From Octopus sinensis (lineage: Eukaryota): DNA of 64,000 nucleotides. This document shows positions 12,454-24,922 of the stretch, piece by piece. The translations under genes were made by a program, and so were the position numbers. Numbering within the stretch: position 1 is the first letter of the stretch; each line of letters opens with the position of its first letter. Under the pieces are notes generated by a model. That model had not been told where the DNA came from and did no database searches. It worked only from the letters and a program-made list of their open reading frames with translations. The DNA is taken from positions 36,828,001 through 36,892,000 of the forward strand of contig NC_043001.1 of the NCBI RefSeq assembly GCF_006345805.1. Reading direction: 5' to 3'.

Positions 12454-13723
12454 TCAGGTCATCCCATAAGTTACGTCCGAATTTTGAATAAAGAAAACAT
12501 GTGATCAAATGTTATATTTAATTAAAATTTAATCATCAATGTACTTTCCCTGATTATCTATGACTTCCTTCCATCTATTTACAAGCTTTTTAATCCCATC
12601 AATGTAAAACTCCTTTGGTTTCAAAGCGAAGAACTCTGAAATGTCAGTTTCCATCTCCTCCTGGCTTGCGAATGTTATGTCTCCCAAATGATTCTGTGAA
12701 CAATGAAACAAATGGTAGTCTGAAGGAGCAAGGTCGGGAGAATAAGGTGGATGGGGAATTTTTTCCAACCAAGCTCTTCGATCCTCTGTGATGGGATCTT
12801 TGCATTGGGTCGCGCATTGTCCTGATGAAACATCACTCCTTTTCGATTCGCTAAAGCGGGTTTTTTTCTTCAAAGCTTGCTCGAAACACTCTAATTGCTG
12901 GAAGTAGACTTGAGCATTGATTATTGCATTAGGTGGTAACAATTCAAAGTGAATTACTCCTTTGCAATCCCACCAGATAGAGAGAAGAACCTTTTCCCCA
13001 TGAAGTTCACTTCTCGGTTGTGGTTGAGCCTTTTCCCTTTTACCAAACCACTGTTTACGACGTTTAACATTTCGATAGAAGATCCATTTTTCGTCACCAG
13101 TCACAAGTCTATCCAAAAATGGTGAAATGAGTTCGCGAGAATGGAGACAAGAGCAGATGTCGACTCGGGATTTGCGGTTGCTTTCGAACAATTCATGAGG
13201 CACCCATTTTCCAAGTTTAGGAACCTTTCCAAATTGTTGAAGATGACGATGGTTTAAAGTAAGCTTTATTGCCAATTCTTCAACTGATAATGCAGAATTT
13301 TCTTCAAGTAATGCCTCAAGGAGCTTATCATCAAACTCAACTGGACGTCCTGTTCGATCTTCATCTTCAAGGCTGAAATCTCCACTTGTGAATTTTGCAA
13401 ACCATCTTCTGCAAGTTCTTTTATTCAAGCATTCTTTCCCATAAACTGAGTGTATGTTTCGAGTCGCTTCAGCTGCAGTGTTTCGTTTTTTGTATTCATA
13501 AAGCATTATGTGCCTCAAATGTTGTTTGGATACTTCCATGTTAGAAAGGGTTTTAATCAAAGAAATTTTAATTCTATTATTCTGTAAAATAGTATTTAAT
13601 TAGTTTAAATGAACACAGATGCATAAAAATAATTTTTAATTCGATCAGACATTGTAAAATACTATTAAATTTTATCCAATTTTAAACAAGGTAAAATCGG
13701 ACGGAACTTACGGGATGACCTGA
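12454..13723 (-). mobile_element. Full-length mariner DNA transposon (~1270 bp)
   Basis: TIRs TCAGGTCATCCC(A/G)TAAGTT(A/C)CGTCCGA at both ends. TA at 12452-53 and 13724-25. Internal transposase. Confidence 0.95.
12529..13539 (-). pseudogene. Mariner (DD34D-type) transposase, inactivated by compensating frameshifts around the second catalytic Asp
   Basis: HTH region, WVPHEL, VTGDEKW (D1) and YSPDLAPSD (D3) are in frame. FHQDNARP (D2) is present only in an alternative frame at ~12810-12835. Confidence 0.9.
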
Positions 13724-14150
13724 TATTTGTAAGCATGTGTATATCTGTATAGCACATATATGCCTATATACGTACATGTATATCTGTGCGTGTGCGTTTT
13801 TGCGTGTAATTAATACTACATATTGTGCACATATTTGTATGTTATCTATATAAATATTTATGTATACAAAATCTCTCAACTGCGCGCAGACACATGTGTA
13901 TTATGTATATGCGTGTATAATTATACACAATGTATATACATTATACATACATAAAAGCGCCCCGTACATCGATTAGAAACTTGGGTTCACGGTCTTAATG
14001 CCCCGGATTCAATTCCTGAAACAGACGATACATTGTGTTCTTGAGCAAGGCTCTTCAATCCACACAGTTGCAGTCCAATGAACTGAATTGATTTCTCATC
14101 AAGTACTTTTGCATATATATATATATATAGATAGATAGATAGATAGATAG

Positions 14151-14182
<32 letters not shown>

Positions 14183-14189
14183 TAGATGT

Positions 14190-14434
<245 letters not shown>

Positions 14435-14479
14435 CCTCTGACGGCTTCACTTTGGCTTCCTGCTGACCAGGTCTTTTAT

Positions 14480-15099
14480 TTTGCTTCTTTTAGTCATTAG
14501 ACAGTTATTGGAACGAATCGACTCCAGTGCTTATTTTTAAAAACCTAGTACTTATTCCATAGATCACTTGTGCCGATCTGCTAAGTTACGGGGACGTAAA
14601 CACGCCAACACTGATTGTCAAACGGTGGTGGAAGGACAAACATAGACACGATGACACACACACACACATGCACATATATATGTACATATACACACACACA
14701 CCACATGCACATATATATGTACATATATACACACACACACACCACACACACACACACACACACACCACACACACACATATATATATATATATATAATATA
14801 TAATATATATCACAAAATATATTTGCCAACTAAATGTGGCGGTCCCATAGAGGACGAGTTTGCTGTTGCTTTTAGCCCCAAGAAGACATCTCCTCCAGCT
14901 CGCTAACGATACGCTATCTGCGTCCGATTAGTATTTGCGAGAGGTCATCGCTCCCATCTCTAGCCTTGCGGGATACACACAGACTGGGTTTCTGGGTAGT
15001 TACCCGTCATCAGCATCAGACTGTCTCTGATCTCGAAAAGAGAGAAATAAACTATATTAAATCTCTGAGCGAGAGGTAAAGAGTTGTAGTGCGAAATCG

Positions 15100-15153
<54 letters not shown>

Positions 15154-15261
15154 TATACTATAATATATACATACATACATACATTCATACATACATGCAT
15201 ACATACACACACACAACACACACACACCTATATATATATATATATATATACACATACATAC

Positions 15262-15320
<59 letters not shown>

Positions 15321-15321
15321 C

Positions 15322-15352
<31 letters not shown>

Positions 15353-15360
15353 ATATATAT

Positions 15361-15410
<50 letters not shown>

Positions 15411-15510
15411 TACGGGTTCAGTTTCCCTCTGCCAAATCCAATCACAAGGTTCTGGTCTACAATAGAAGACACATACCCAAAGTGTCACGCAGTGGGGCAG
15501 AACTCGGACG
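14480..15510 (-). mobile_element. CORE-type SINE split at its internal microsatellite (3' half ~14480-14650, 5' half ~15410-15510)
   Basis: CTAAGTTACGGGGACGTAAACAC..GTCAAACGGTGGTGG (tail part) and CAGTTTCC..CCAAATCCAATCACAAGG..TAGAAGACAC..CCCAAAGTGTCACGCAGTGGG (core/head), separated by an insertion and expanded (TA/CA)n. Confidence 0.75.
14823..15045 (-). mobile_element. ~220-bp repeat carrying a minimal hammerhead core (14979-15016)
   Basis: Minus strand reads ATG-CTGATGA-C-GGGT(AACT)ACCC-A-GAAAC-CCA-GTC-TGT. Flanked by (TA)n on both sides. Confidence 0.65.
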
Positions 15511-16137
15511 CATCTTCTTACCCCAATGATCTTTTTCTTGTTTTCTCCACTACTTCAATTTTGAGAGCTATGACCAAAGTCTTTCTAGGCATGACCATCA
15601 CATATTTTTTGTTTTTGTATCTCTAAGATTACATTGTGGCCAAATTACCTTTCACTTTCTATGATCGTAAGCTGTAAATTGAAAGATGATTTGGTTTCTG
15701 ATTTTCGTACGTTGAGCGATTGTATAAAGGATTCCTGGCTGATTCGTACAGAATTGTAACTTGAACTATTCTTGATAATGTGGGGTTCGTTATCTTGTGA
15801 AATATTATTCGAGTTATAAGATATCAAACACAACACTGAGATTGAGTTGTTACGCGATAAACTCATTCACTTTCGTTTTATTCTGAAGGATCGAACGCGT
15901 ATTTCTTATCGAAGACATGAGCAAATATACTGTAGAATGACAAATAGGAGAAGAGACAAAGAAAAAGAGTAAGAAAGAGATGAACGGGTGAATAGACGCA
16001 GGGACGGATGGATGGATGGATGGATGGATGGATGGATGGAGGATGATGGAGGATGGATGGATGGATGGATGGATGGATGAATGGAAGGATGGATGGATAG
16101 TTATGTAGGTACATACATGGCTAGCTAGCTAGCTAGC

Positions 16138-16203
<66 letters not shown>

Positions 16204-18159
16204 AATCGACAAACAGACAGACACACAGACAGATATATATGTTTAAGCATTATATAACAATACTTCCAATTACTATACAGAACATTATATATGCATTACT
16301 CAGTATCCATCTACATATCAATACGCATATATGCATGCACACTTATATGCATAAATACATATCTGTATATGATTTTACACACACACACACACACACACAT
16401 ATGTATTTATGCATGATCACACAACCGTATGTTTTTGCGTAACATAAATACACGTAAGTACAGATGCATTTAAGATGTGTATTATATGCTTGTCTATGAA
16501 TATGTATGACGATATGTGCATTTATGAATATATGAACACAAACATCAATGGTAATAATAAATAAATAAGAACAAGAAAATATGCGTAAAACGAAATAAAA
16601 TGGTAGATGAAATCGCATCTAATTTCCATAAAAAGTCATTACTTAATCCTTCTTAGCTCAAATACATTCTTTGTTCTATCTTGGAGAAGCTATTAATTCA
16701 ATGGGGTATATGTTGCTCTGAAATCATTTACATTAATATTCATTAGCATCTCAGTGGGTAAGTATAATGATGAAGGGTCTGGAATAATGATGAAAATTCC
16801 AGATAAGGTGATACGCGTTCTTCAACATCATTTCGATTCTCTTGTTATACCCGCTTTCGCTTGTACTCTTTATGAATGTCTTTAAGATAAGGAATAATTG
16901 TCACGATTCTCTACATATTTAGTTGACTCTTCTTTTAATGAATAACGCAAACACATAGGATTTTATTCTGAGCTTTAGTTCTATTATGTAACGTTACGTG
17001 GAGAGCCTTTATTTATAATGCTGGTCCATCTTTTACAATTTCTCTACTAAACCGACCCAAAATTAGTTGTACCTGGTCTAAAAAAATTCTCTGTCAACTG
17101 GGCCATCGTACCCTTAACACAACAGCAAGTACCAGAAGTCAATCAGAGAACTTCTATATGATCACTCGATCTGATCGAAATAGCTGTCATATATTTTCCT
17201 CGTGTCACACTCTACGTTCTTTAAAAGAAGGAAAGGGCACATTGAATACTGGAATTCTAGTTACACCAAAAGTCAGAAAGAGAGACGGAATGAAATGAAT
17301 GGTCAAAGATGAAACACCTTTAATCATAGTTTCAATTCGGTCAAGACTAACTTGGTGCTAAACAACGACAACTATACTTCTAAGGTATTTTATGCAAGAA
17401 TATATTCCACTATCTTCTATATTAACTTTTCTATCTCCTAAAATCTTGAACCAAACCGCTTACTCAAAAGAAAGCGATATTCGTTAGTGATTCGAGTCCT
17501 ATAATTGAATTTGGTCAACGAAGCTATGTAGGATCTAATTATAAGTTTATAAATTCTTATGACATCAGCAACATGTGGGGAGTGGGGTAGGATGATGGAT
17601 TTTCATCGTTGAACAACGAGGATTCAGTTCAATCAACTGGATTACATGCTTTCAAATTGTAAATGGCTTTACATTACACTCTCACATACACCCTTAATGT
17701 AATTCTCAGGCAAAATCAGTATCACAGCGTGTGAGAGACAAAGTTGTACTTTTTAGGTTACAGAGTTCGTTCTGTGCAGTTTCCATTGATCCAGTTTCAC
17801 TCACAAAGTATGGATGAGCTTGAGGCTATAAAAGATGACGTTTTTCCAAGATGCCATGCAGTGGAACTAGACATAGGATCTCGTGGTTATAAAGCAAACT
17901 TATTAATAATTTGGCTAAACTCTGCCTACATTCATGTTTGTTTTTATGTCAAGTCATAGTAAAAACAATTTAACAGTAAACTAAAGACTTAATGCTTCTT
18001 TGTAGAGTACATATCTATTCTAGTAAATTAGAATAGAAGGGCAACAATGACATCAAAGTATTGACCTGCTAGGCTTCATTTGACTCACTCATTCATTCAC
18101 TCACGCACTCACTGTGTATATGTGTGCGCATGTGTTTGTGTGTTTGTGGTTCCCCCCCC

Positions 18160-18338
18160 CCCGCCCACCGCTTGACAACCACTTTGTGTGCTTACGTCTG
18201 CACAGCGGTTCAGCAAAAGCGACCGATTGAATAAGTACTAGGCTATAAAAAACATTATTACTGGGGTCGATTCAGTCAACTAAAATATTTCAAGGCGGTG
18301 CCCCAGTATAAGTCTGATGACTGAAACAAGTAAAAGAT
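18160..18338 (+). mobile_element. 3' half of CORE-type SINE
   Basis: CGCTTGACAACC...AATAAGTACTAGG...GGGGTCGATT...TGACTGAAACAAGTAAAAGAT. Confidence 0.8.
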
Positions 18339-18637
18339 CAATGGCCCAGTGGTTAGGGCAGCGGACTTGCGGTCGCAGGATCGTGGTTTCGATTCCCAGA
18401 CCAGGCGTTGTGAGTGTTTATTGAGCGAAAAAACCTAAGGCTCCACGAGGCTCCGGCAGAGGGTGGTGGCGATCGTTGCTGTACACATTCGCCACAACTT
18501 TCTCTCACACTTTCTTCTGTTGGCCTGCTCGCTTAGCCAGCGGGGTGGTATCATTTGAAGGCTAAAACGATGCGAAGCGCATTGTGACCAGTGATGTGTA
18601 GCAACATCAGATAGCCTTGTCGGTCACGGTGATCACG

Positions 18638-18640
<3 letters not shown>
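18339..18640 (+). mobile_element. tRNA-derived SINE (second family; other copies at 55755-56039 and 58805-59100 on the minus strand)
   Basis: A box TGGCCCAGTGG and B box GTTTCGATTCC. Shared body GCTCCACGAGGCTCCGGCAGA..GGTGGCGA. Ends in (TA)n. Confidence 0.85.
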
Positions 18641-18681
<41 letters not shown>

Positions 18682-18687
<6 letters not shown>

Positions 18688-18853
18688 TAATCCAAACAAG
18701 AAAGCACAAAAAACACAACAACGCGAGGACGTGGAACAAATAGAGTATTATTGGACGCTCAGGAAAGAAGGAAAGAAGGAGGGTTTAACGTTTCGAGCGG
18801 AGCTCTTCGTCGGAAACATAGGAGAAGGAAAGATCCAGAGAAGGAAGACAGAG
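18682..18853 (-). mobile_element. Penelope-like terminal-repeat fragment with minimal hammerhead (18783-18817)
   Basis: Minus strand GTTT-CCGACGA-A-GAGC(TCC)GCTC-GAAAC-GTT-AAAC. Near-identical copy at 53540-53732 (+). Embedded in (TA)n. Confidence 0.75.
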
Positions 18854-18854
18854 G

Positions 18855-18917
<63 letters not shown>

Positions 18918-19139
18918 TTATATATATATATATTTCCTGTATAGTATTCTTGTTATTTTCTCGTTTTGTAACTAATTGTACTTTTTGTACATGTATTTTT
19001 ATTTTTGCAGTTTTATCGTTTGTCTATGCCAGAAAAAAGGCTTTTTCGTTCGTCCTCTTGTGTTTGTTTTTGTACATGTATTTTAATTTTGCAGTCTTAT
19101 TGTTACGTCTTGTTTGTGTTCGTACTCATTTTGCCCCGC

Positions 19140-19460
19140 TGCTTGAAATTTTATTTTAATTCTCTCGCAGGAAGGCCTATTGGATTAGTGTTCTGTTATG
19201 CCTTCGAAACATGCCTGACTCCTCTAGCGACAGCTGATGACGGGGGTTTTGTCCTTGTGTAGCTCGTCCTGTATTTGTTTTTCGTTTTCTTGTTCTTCGT
19301 TTTCCGTTTTCTTGTTTTTTGTTTTTTGGCTTTTTTCCGTTTCTACGTCTTTTTGTGATGTCCTGTACTCCCGTATAATTATTTATATATGCATGTATAT
19401 ATACATGTAGATGTAGGTACGTACATATATGTTTGTATGTATGCATATATTTTTATTTAT
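19140..19460 (+). repeat. Interspersed repeat with a T-rich body and low-complexity tail; its 3' ~105 bp recurs inverted at 31612-31716
   Basis: TGTG(A/G)TGTCCTGTACT..CGTATA...GCATGTATATATACAT.TAGATGTAGGTACGTACATATATG is shared between the two loci. Confidence 0.65.
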
Positions 19461-19477
19461 CTCCTATATATATATAT

Positions 19478-19548
<71 letters not shown>

Positions 19549-19698
19549 GTATGTATGTATATATATATACATACATACATATATATATGTATACATACAT
19601 ATATATATACATATATATATACATATATATATGTATACATACATATATATATACATATATATATATATACATACATACATATATATATGTATACATAC

Positions 19699-19777
<79 letters not shown>

Positions 19778-20584
19778 GTATGTATGTATATATATATACA
19801 TACATACACACACATGTATGTATCTGTGTATGTATGAACTTACGTATGTACGTATAATTTATTCAAAATATATTCGTATGTTTATTAATCCAAAATTAAA
19901 TACAAATACATGTATGTATATTCATATAGAAATATACACATGGCGTGAACATCAACGTGGATATATGCACAAACATACACATAAACATATATTGTGTACA
20001 TCTGCATACATTCGTACATATACGAAAATGGACGGTTCTATGTATATGTACGTTCACATACATGCATCTACGTTTGTATGTTTGTACATATGTATGCAAA
20101 GGAAGTATGTAAGTAATGCCGAATAGAAATTTCACGAGGTAAAAGTACTGGAAAGTTAAATGTAGAATAAGCGTGGGGAGGGTTGATTGCAACTAATCGC
20201 AGTTTATAAAGGGTTTAAATCCTTAACACGGTGTACATACATTGCTACCCCCTACACATTACTTCTGCAGGTCTCACCTACCCCGAACTACATCTCTCAA
20301 AGGCACCATAACTGAGGAATCATTCAACGCGAAGAATACGAGTACATATAATTCCAGCCCCAAAACCTCTCTGCATGTCATAGGGATTATTTACATCAGT
20401 GAAGGCTAATCCCAGGTTTTAGGCTTCGGATTTCAACTGGATTAGCAAATTATTACAAAACCAAGCCATCTAGAATAAGAATAAAGGGGACATGGCACTT
20501 CAATTCCTAAAATAGATTAGACCCTATGTATGTGTGCGAGTGTATGTGTTTGCGAGTGTAGATATATATATATATATATATATA

Positions 20585-20645
<61 letters not shown>

Positions 20646-21202
20646 GTATGTATGTTAGTATGTATGTGTGTGTTTGTCTTTGTGTCTTCGTGTATGTATG
20701 TGTATGTTTGTTTGTGTGTGTGTGTGTGTGTGTGTGTGCGTCTTATTGGTGTGTATGCGTTAATGTCTGTTTATCTCTGTCTCTCTATCTGCGCATGTGT
20801 GAACCTATATACGTATTCCCGTGTACACGGATAAGTGTATGCATCTATGATTGTGAATGTTTTACCCCTGTGTGTAGGTAAATATATCTCATACTGTGAG
20901 TGCGTATCTTCATCCACATAGATTTAATCTTTATCATCATCGTCGACATCATCATCCTCAACATCATCATGATCATCATCATCACCACCACCACCATCAT
21001 AATCATCATTGTCGACATCATCATCGTCGACATCATCATCATCATCATCATCATCATGCATTATCTTTCCTGTTTTCATATTGATTAATATTTCATTTGT
21101 TTCTTTGCTTATTCTCTATTTCTCGTCCGCTTTCTCATCCACACACACATACATGCATACATACACATATATGCGTGTATATATATCTATAGATACACAG
21201 AC

Positions 21203-21249
<47 letters not shown>

Positions 21250-21379
21250 ATAGATATTATATATATATATATATATATATATTTTCAACAATTGAGGGCA
21301 AAATTAATTAATTATTAATCAATTTCACCAAGTGTTCAGTATGCAAAGGGACCATTCAAGGCGAATTCAAATTATTACA

Positions 21380-21720
21380 TTATATAAAAGGGCTTAGTAA
21401 ATAAATTACTTAGTTGGGAGCAGATCTTCGAGAGGGTATGTTCTTATTTTCAGTGTTTCCAAATCCAAACCAAGGAATTTCCGAGCCGATGATAGAAATG
21501 TTGTTTTGACTAATCTTGAAACGTACGTTCTCGAATACCTTAGCATTTGATTTTTCGATGTCATTACCCCCAACTTTTGTGAGTAAATTATGCAAACACT
21601 ATATATGAGAGAGATTTTCTTTAAGTATTAGAAATAGCCTTAAAAAAGTTTTTTAGCTGCTATTTCTAATGAGTTCAGTATGCGGCAAAGTATTTATTTT
21701 ACTAAGCCCTTTTATATAAT
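21380..21720. mobile_element. ~340-bp element with ~30-bp terminal inverted repeats
   Basis: TTATATAAAAGGGCTTAGTAAATAAATTACT (21380-21411) versus AGTATTTATTTTACTAAGCCCTTTTATATAA (21690-21720). Confidence 0.7.
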
Positions 21721-21732
21721 ATATATATATAT

Positions 21733-21858
<126 letters not shown>

Positions 21859-21871
21859 TAGAAATATATAA

Positions 21872-21942
<71 letters not shown>

Positions 21943-22469
21943 TAGATATAGATATATGTATATACTATAACGCTGCAGTTTATCATCGTAGCCTATTGGT
22001 GACATAAAACACAGCCTATAGGTTAACGTGACATAATCACAGCCTATTGGTTAGGATGACATACAGCTAAAATATGTATGATATATAATTCCGTTACATT
22101 GTCAGCGAACTATTCATTGACAACGACAAGAAATTGTTGTAAATTGCTGTATCTGCTAAATGTGATGTATGTATTTAGATAAAAAAAAAAATGCAATATG
22201 ACGTTGATGTAGTTATTCATGTTGGTCTTGTTGTTCTTTCGACCATGGTCATTTCTGATCGAGTTAATGTATGCCTAAAAAGCATTCCAGCTGTGACCAT
22301 CACACCTGTGTTTTTCATACAGTTTACTAAAGACTACATTATCTAATCTGTTTTACCATTTGGTTTTTACACACCACAGACGTATTTAGGGGATATTTGG
22401 CTGCTATATCTAGCAGGTTGAATGATCGGTTCATTGTAAACAAAAAGCAATGTTGTATTTGGATGTAGT

Positions 22470-22640
22470 GGCATTTCATCGGTATTTATGTCCTGAGTTC
22501 AAATACCGCCGAGGTCGACTTTGCATTTCCTCCTTTCGGAGTCGATAAAATAAGTACCTGGTGAATACTGGGGTCGATCTGATCGATTTATCCCATCCCC
22601 TGAAATTGCTGGACTTTGTATCAAACTTTTTAAAATCAAA
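22470..22640 (+). mobile_element. Meta-like SINE
   Basis: GAGTTCAAATACCGCCGAGGTCGACTTTGCATTTCCTCCTTTCGGAGTCGATAAAATAAGTACC. Confidence 0.8.
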
Positions 22641-23759
22641 ATTGTGCTTCGATGTTCAAGTAGGAGATCTGATTACGATAACCCCCGAGTTTCAAATCGC
22701 CTCGCAGTAAACAGTTTTGTTTCATGCCTCAGATCGCTCGGTTGATTTTGAAATTATATGAAAGCTTTATTTTTTCATTTTTAATTATTACATTCTTCTG
22801 TCTTGGTTAATATATTCCTCAATATTCAAAGCTTGAAATATTGACGAGATGAGCAGCGCTTGAATGGTTTCGTTCTCTTGTCTACTCAGATAACGACGAC
22901 CTAGGATTAACGTACAACAGTAATAACAAAATTATATTTCCTTCTTATAACGTTTGACTATGTCAGTTGACCTGCATTGCTTCAAATATGATTGGTTTGC
23001 TAGTTTCTCGATAGACTTGATGAGGGATATCATCATCCTCATCATCATCATCACCATCGATTAGCTAATTAAATACATTCAACACTATCTCGATCTTTCC
23101 TAAATATTCCTCCTATTTTAAGTCCAATCTCGATATCATCCCTCGACATAATTCTTGGTTTTCCCCACTTCCACTTTTATTCATTTTATTTTCTACAACA
23201 TTCATTATAAACCATTACTTTCTAATTAAGTGTCCATAATATTTTAGCTTCCTCTCGTAGATGTAATCAAACGAAATTTTCTCAGATACGACCAGTCTCA
23301 GTATTGCATCATTGACTTTATAAAATGTTCACAACATTCTCATGTGTCTTCTATGCGTTCATATCTCAAAGGCTCCTAATCTACTTGATAATTATTTAGT
23401 TAAAGCGCATGTCTTAACTCACTGTAGCAGATTGGACATTTTAATAATCTCTTTCCGGTTTCAATATTCATGTTACAATATTAATGTTATAGGGTTTCAT
23501 TTTCCAATCACTTTCCAGTAATTTCTATTTTCTTCTGATTTCGCCTTCATAACTGCCATTGCTTGATTGCTTATCCATGTCACATATTCTATCTTTGATG
23601 TCTATAACAAGCTTTCTTCGTCAATTGTTATATTTATTTACTAGGGACTCCTTTCTTGCTGATTACTATTGATTTTGATCTTTTTACACTCGCGTCCATT
23701 TTAAAGGATATTCTTTTGTCTTTTACGGGTGTTAAAAGCATCTCTTGGTCGTTTTTAGG

Positions 23760-23905
23760 CTTGGCTGTGTGGTAAGAAGCTTGCTTCCCAACCACGGGTT
23801 CAGTCCTACTGCGTGGTACCTTGGATAACTGTCTTCTACTATGGCCTCTGCTGACCAAAGCTTTGTCAGTGGATGTGGTAGACGAAAACTGAAGGAAGCT
23901 CGTCG

Positions 23906-23961
<56 letters not shown>

Positions 23962-24195
23962 GCGTGTGTGTGTGCGCGCGTGTATGTGTGCGTGTTTGTC
24001 CCCCACCACTGCTTGAAAAATGGATGGCGTTGGTGTGTTTACGTCCCCATAACTTAGTGGTTCGGTACAAGAGACCATTAGTAAAAGTACCAGGCTTAAC
24101 AAAAAAATAAGTACCTCATTCAACTAAAAATTCTTCAACATGGTGCCCCAGCATGACCACAATCTATTGAATGAAACAAGTAAAAGATAAAAGAT
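23760..24195 (+). mobile_element. CORE-type SINE
   Basis: Head GGCTGTGTGGTAAGAAGC..GGGTTCAGTCC, core, internal (TA)n/(TG)n and AAACAAGTAAAAGATAAAAGAT tail. Confidence 0.85.
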
Positions 24196-24370
24196 ACTAT
24201 CGTCAGCATATATGTATGTTGATGTTCACAATCCTATTGACATTTGCGGTATGTCGTCTATTTCTTCGACATCTCTCTAACTAAAACTGTTTCGATTTAA
24301 TAAAGTCCAATGAATTTCTAAAATGAACTTATTGGAAAACGTTATTGCCCTTTCATGCATTCTGTGTGCA

Positions 24371-24525
24371 TGCATTATTTACATTATTTACATTCGACGG
24401 ATATTTGTCCTCATCTTGTTTGTTGTTAACACAACGTTTCGGCTGATATACCCTCCAGCCATCTTCAGGTGTATTGGGGAAATTTCGAATGTGGGTTCTC
24501 ATTCCTAAGGTATTTTTCGATGTTG

Positions 24526-24587
<62 letters not shown>

Positions 24588-24714
24588 TAGGTCGTTACCT
24601 GGAATCGAACTCGGAATCTTGGGGTTAGTAGCCCGCGCTCTTAACCACTACGCCATATGCCTGTGGGCATATGGCGTAGTTTCGAATTCGATTCCAGGTA
24701 GCGACCTGAATAAT

Positions 24715-24753
<39 letters not shown>

Positions 24754-24922
24754 TGTAACAACATCGAAAAATACCTTAGGAATGAGAACCCAGGTTCGAA
24801 ATTTCGCCAACACACGGCTGTAGGGTATATCAGCCGAAACGTTGTGTTAACAAAAAACAAGATTAAGAAAAATATCCGTCGAATGTAAATAATGTAAATA
24901 ATGTATATAATGTACATAATGC
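24371..24922. mobile_element. Fold-back element: head-to-head tRNA-derived heads, (AAT)n, and hammerhead-bearing Penelope-type tails
   Basis: Arms are reverse complements about a 4-nt loop (24662-24665). The left arm has A box (24645-55) and B box (24601-10) on the minus strand. The tail ends in TGTAAATAA repeats. Confidence 0.85.
24429..24472 (-). ncRNA. Minimal type I hammerhead ribozyme motif (intact core)
   Basis: ACAC-CTGAAGA-T-GGCTG(GAGGGTATAT)CAGCC-GAAAC-GTT-GTGT: helix I 4 bp, helix II 5 bp, palindromic ACGT helix III, GUU site. Confidence 0.75.

Noticed and set aside
18312-18328. CTGATGACTGAAAC
   Set aside because: No helix II; this is a variant of the ordinary SINE tail (AAATGACTGAAAC).
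20270-20410. Strong splice acceptor (TTACTTCTGCAG) with a 45-codon open frame
   Set aside because: No matching donor and no recognisable protein.
24588-24661. Possible tRNA gene (anticodon loop CT-ACT-AA)
   Set aside because: The anticodon stem has only about 3 bp and there is no acceptor stem; this is a tRNA-derived SINE head.
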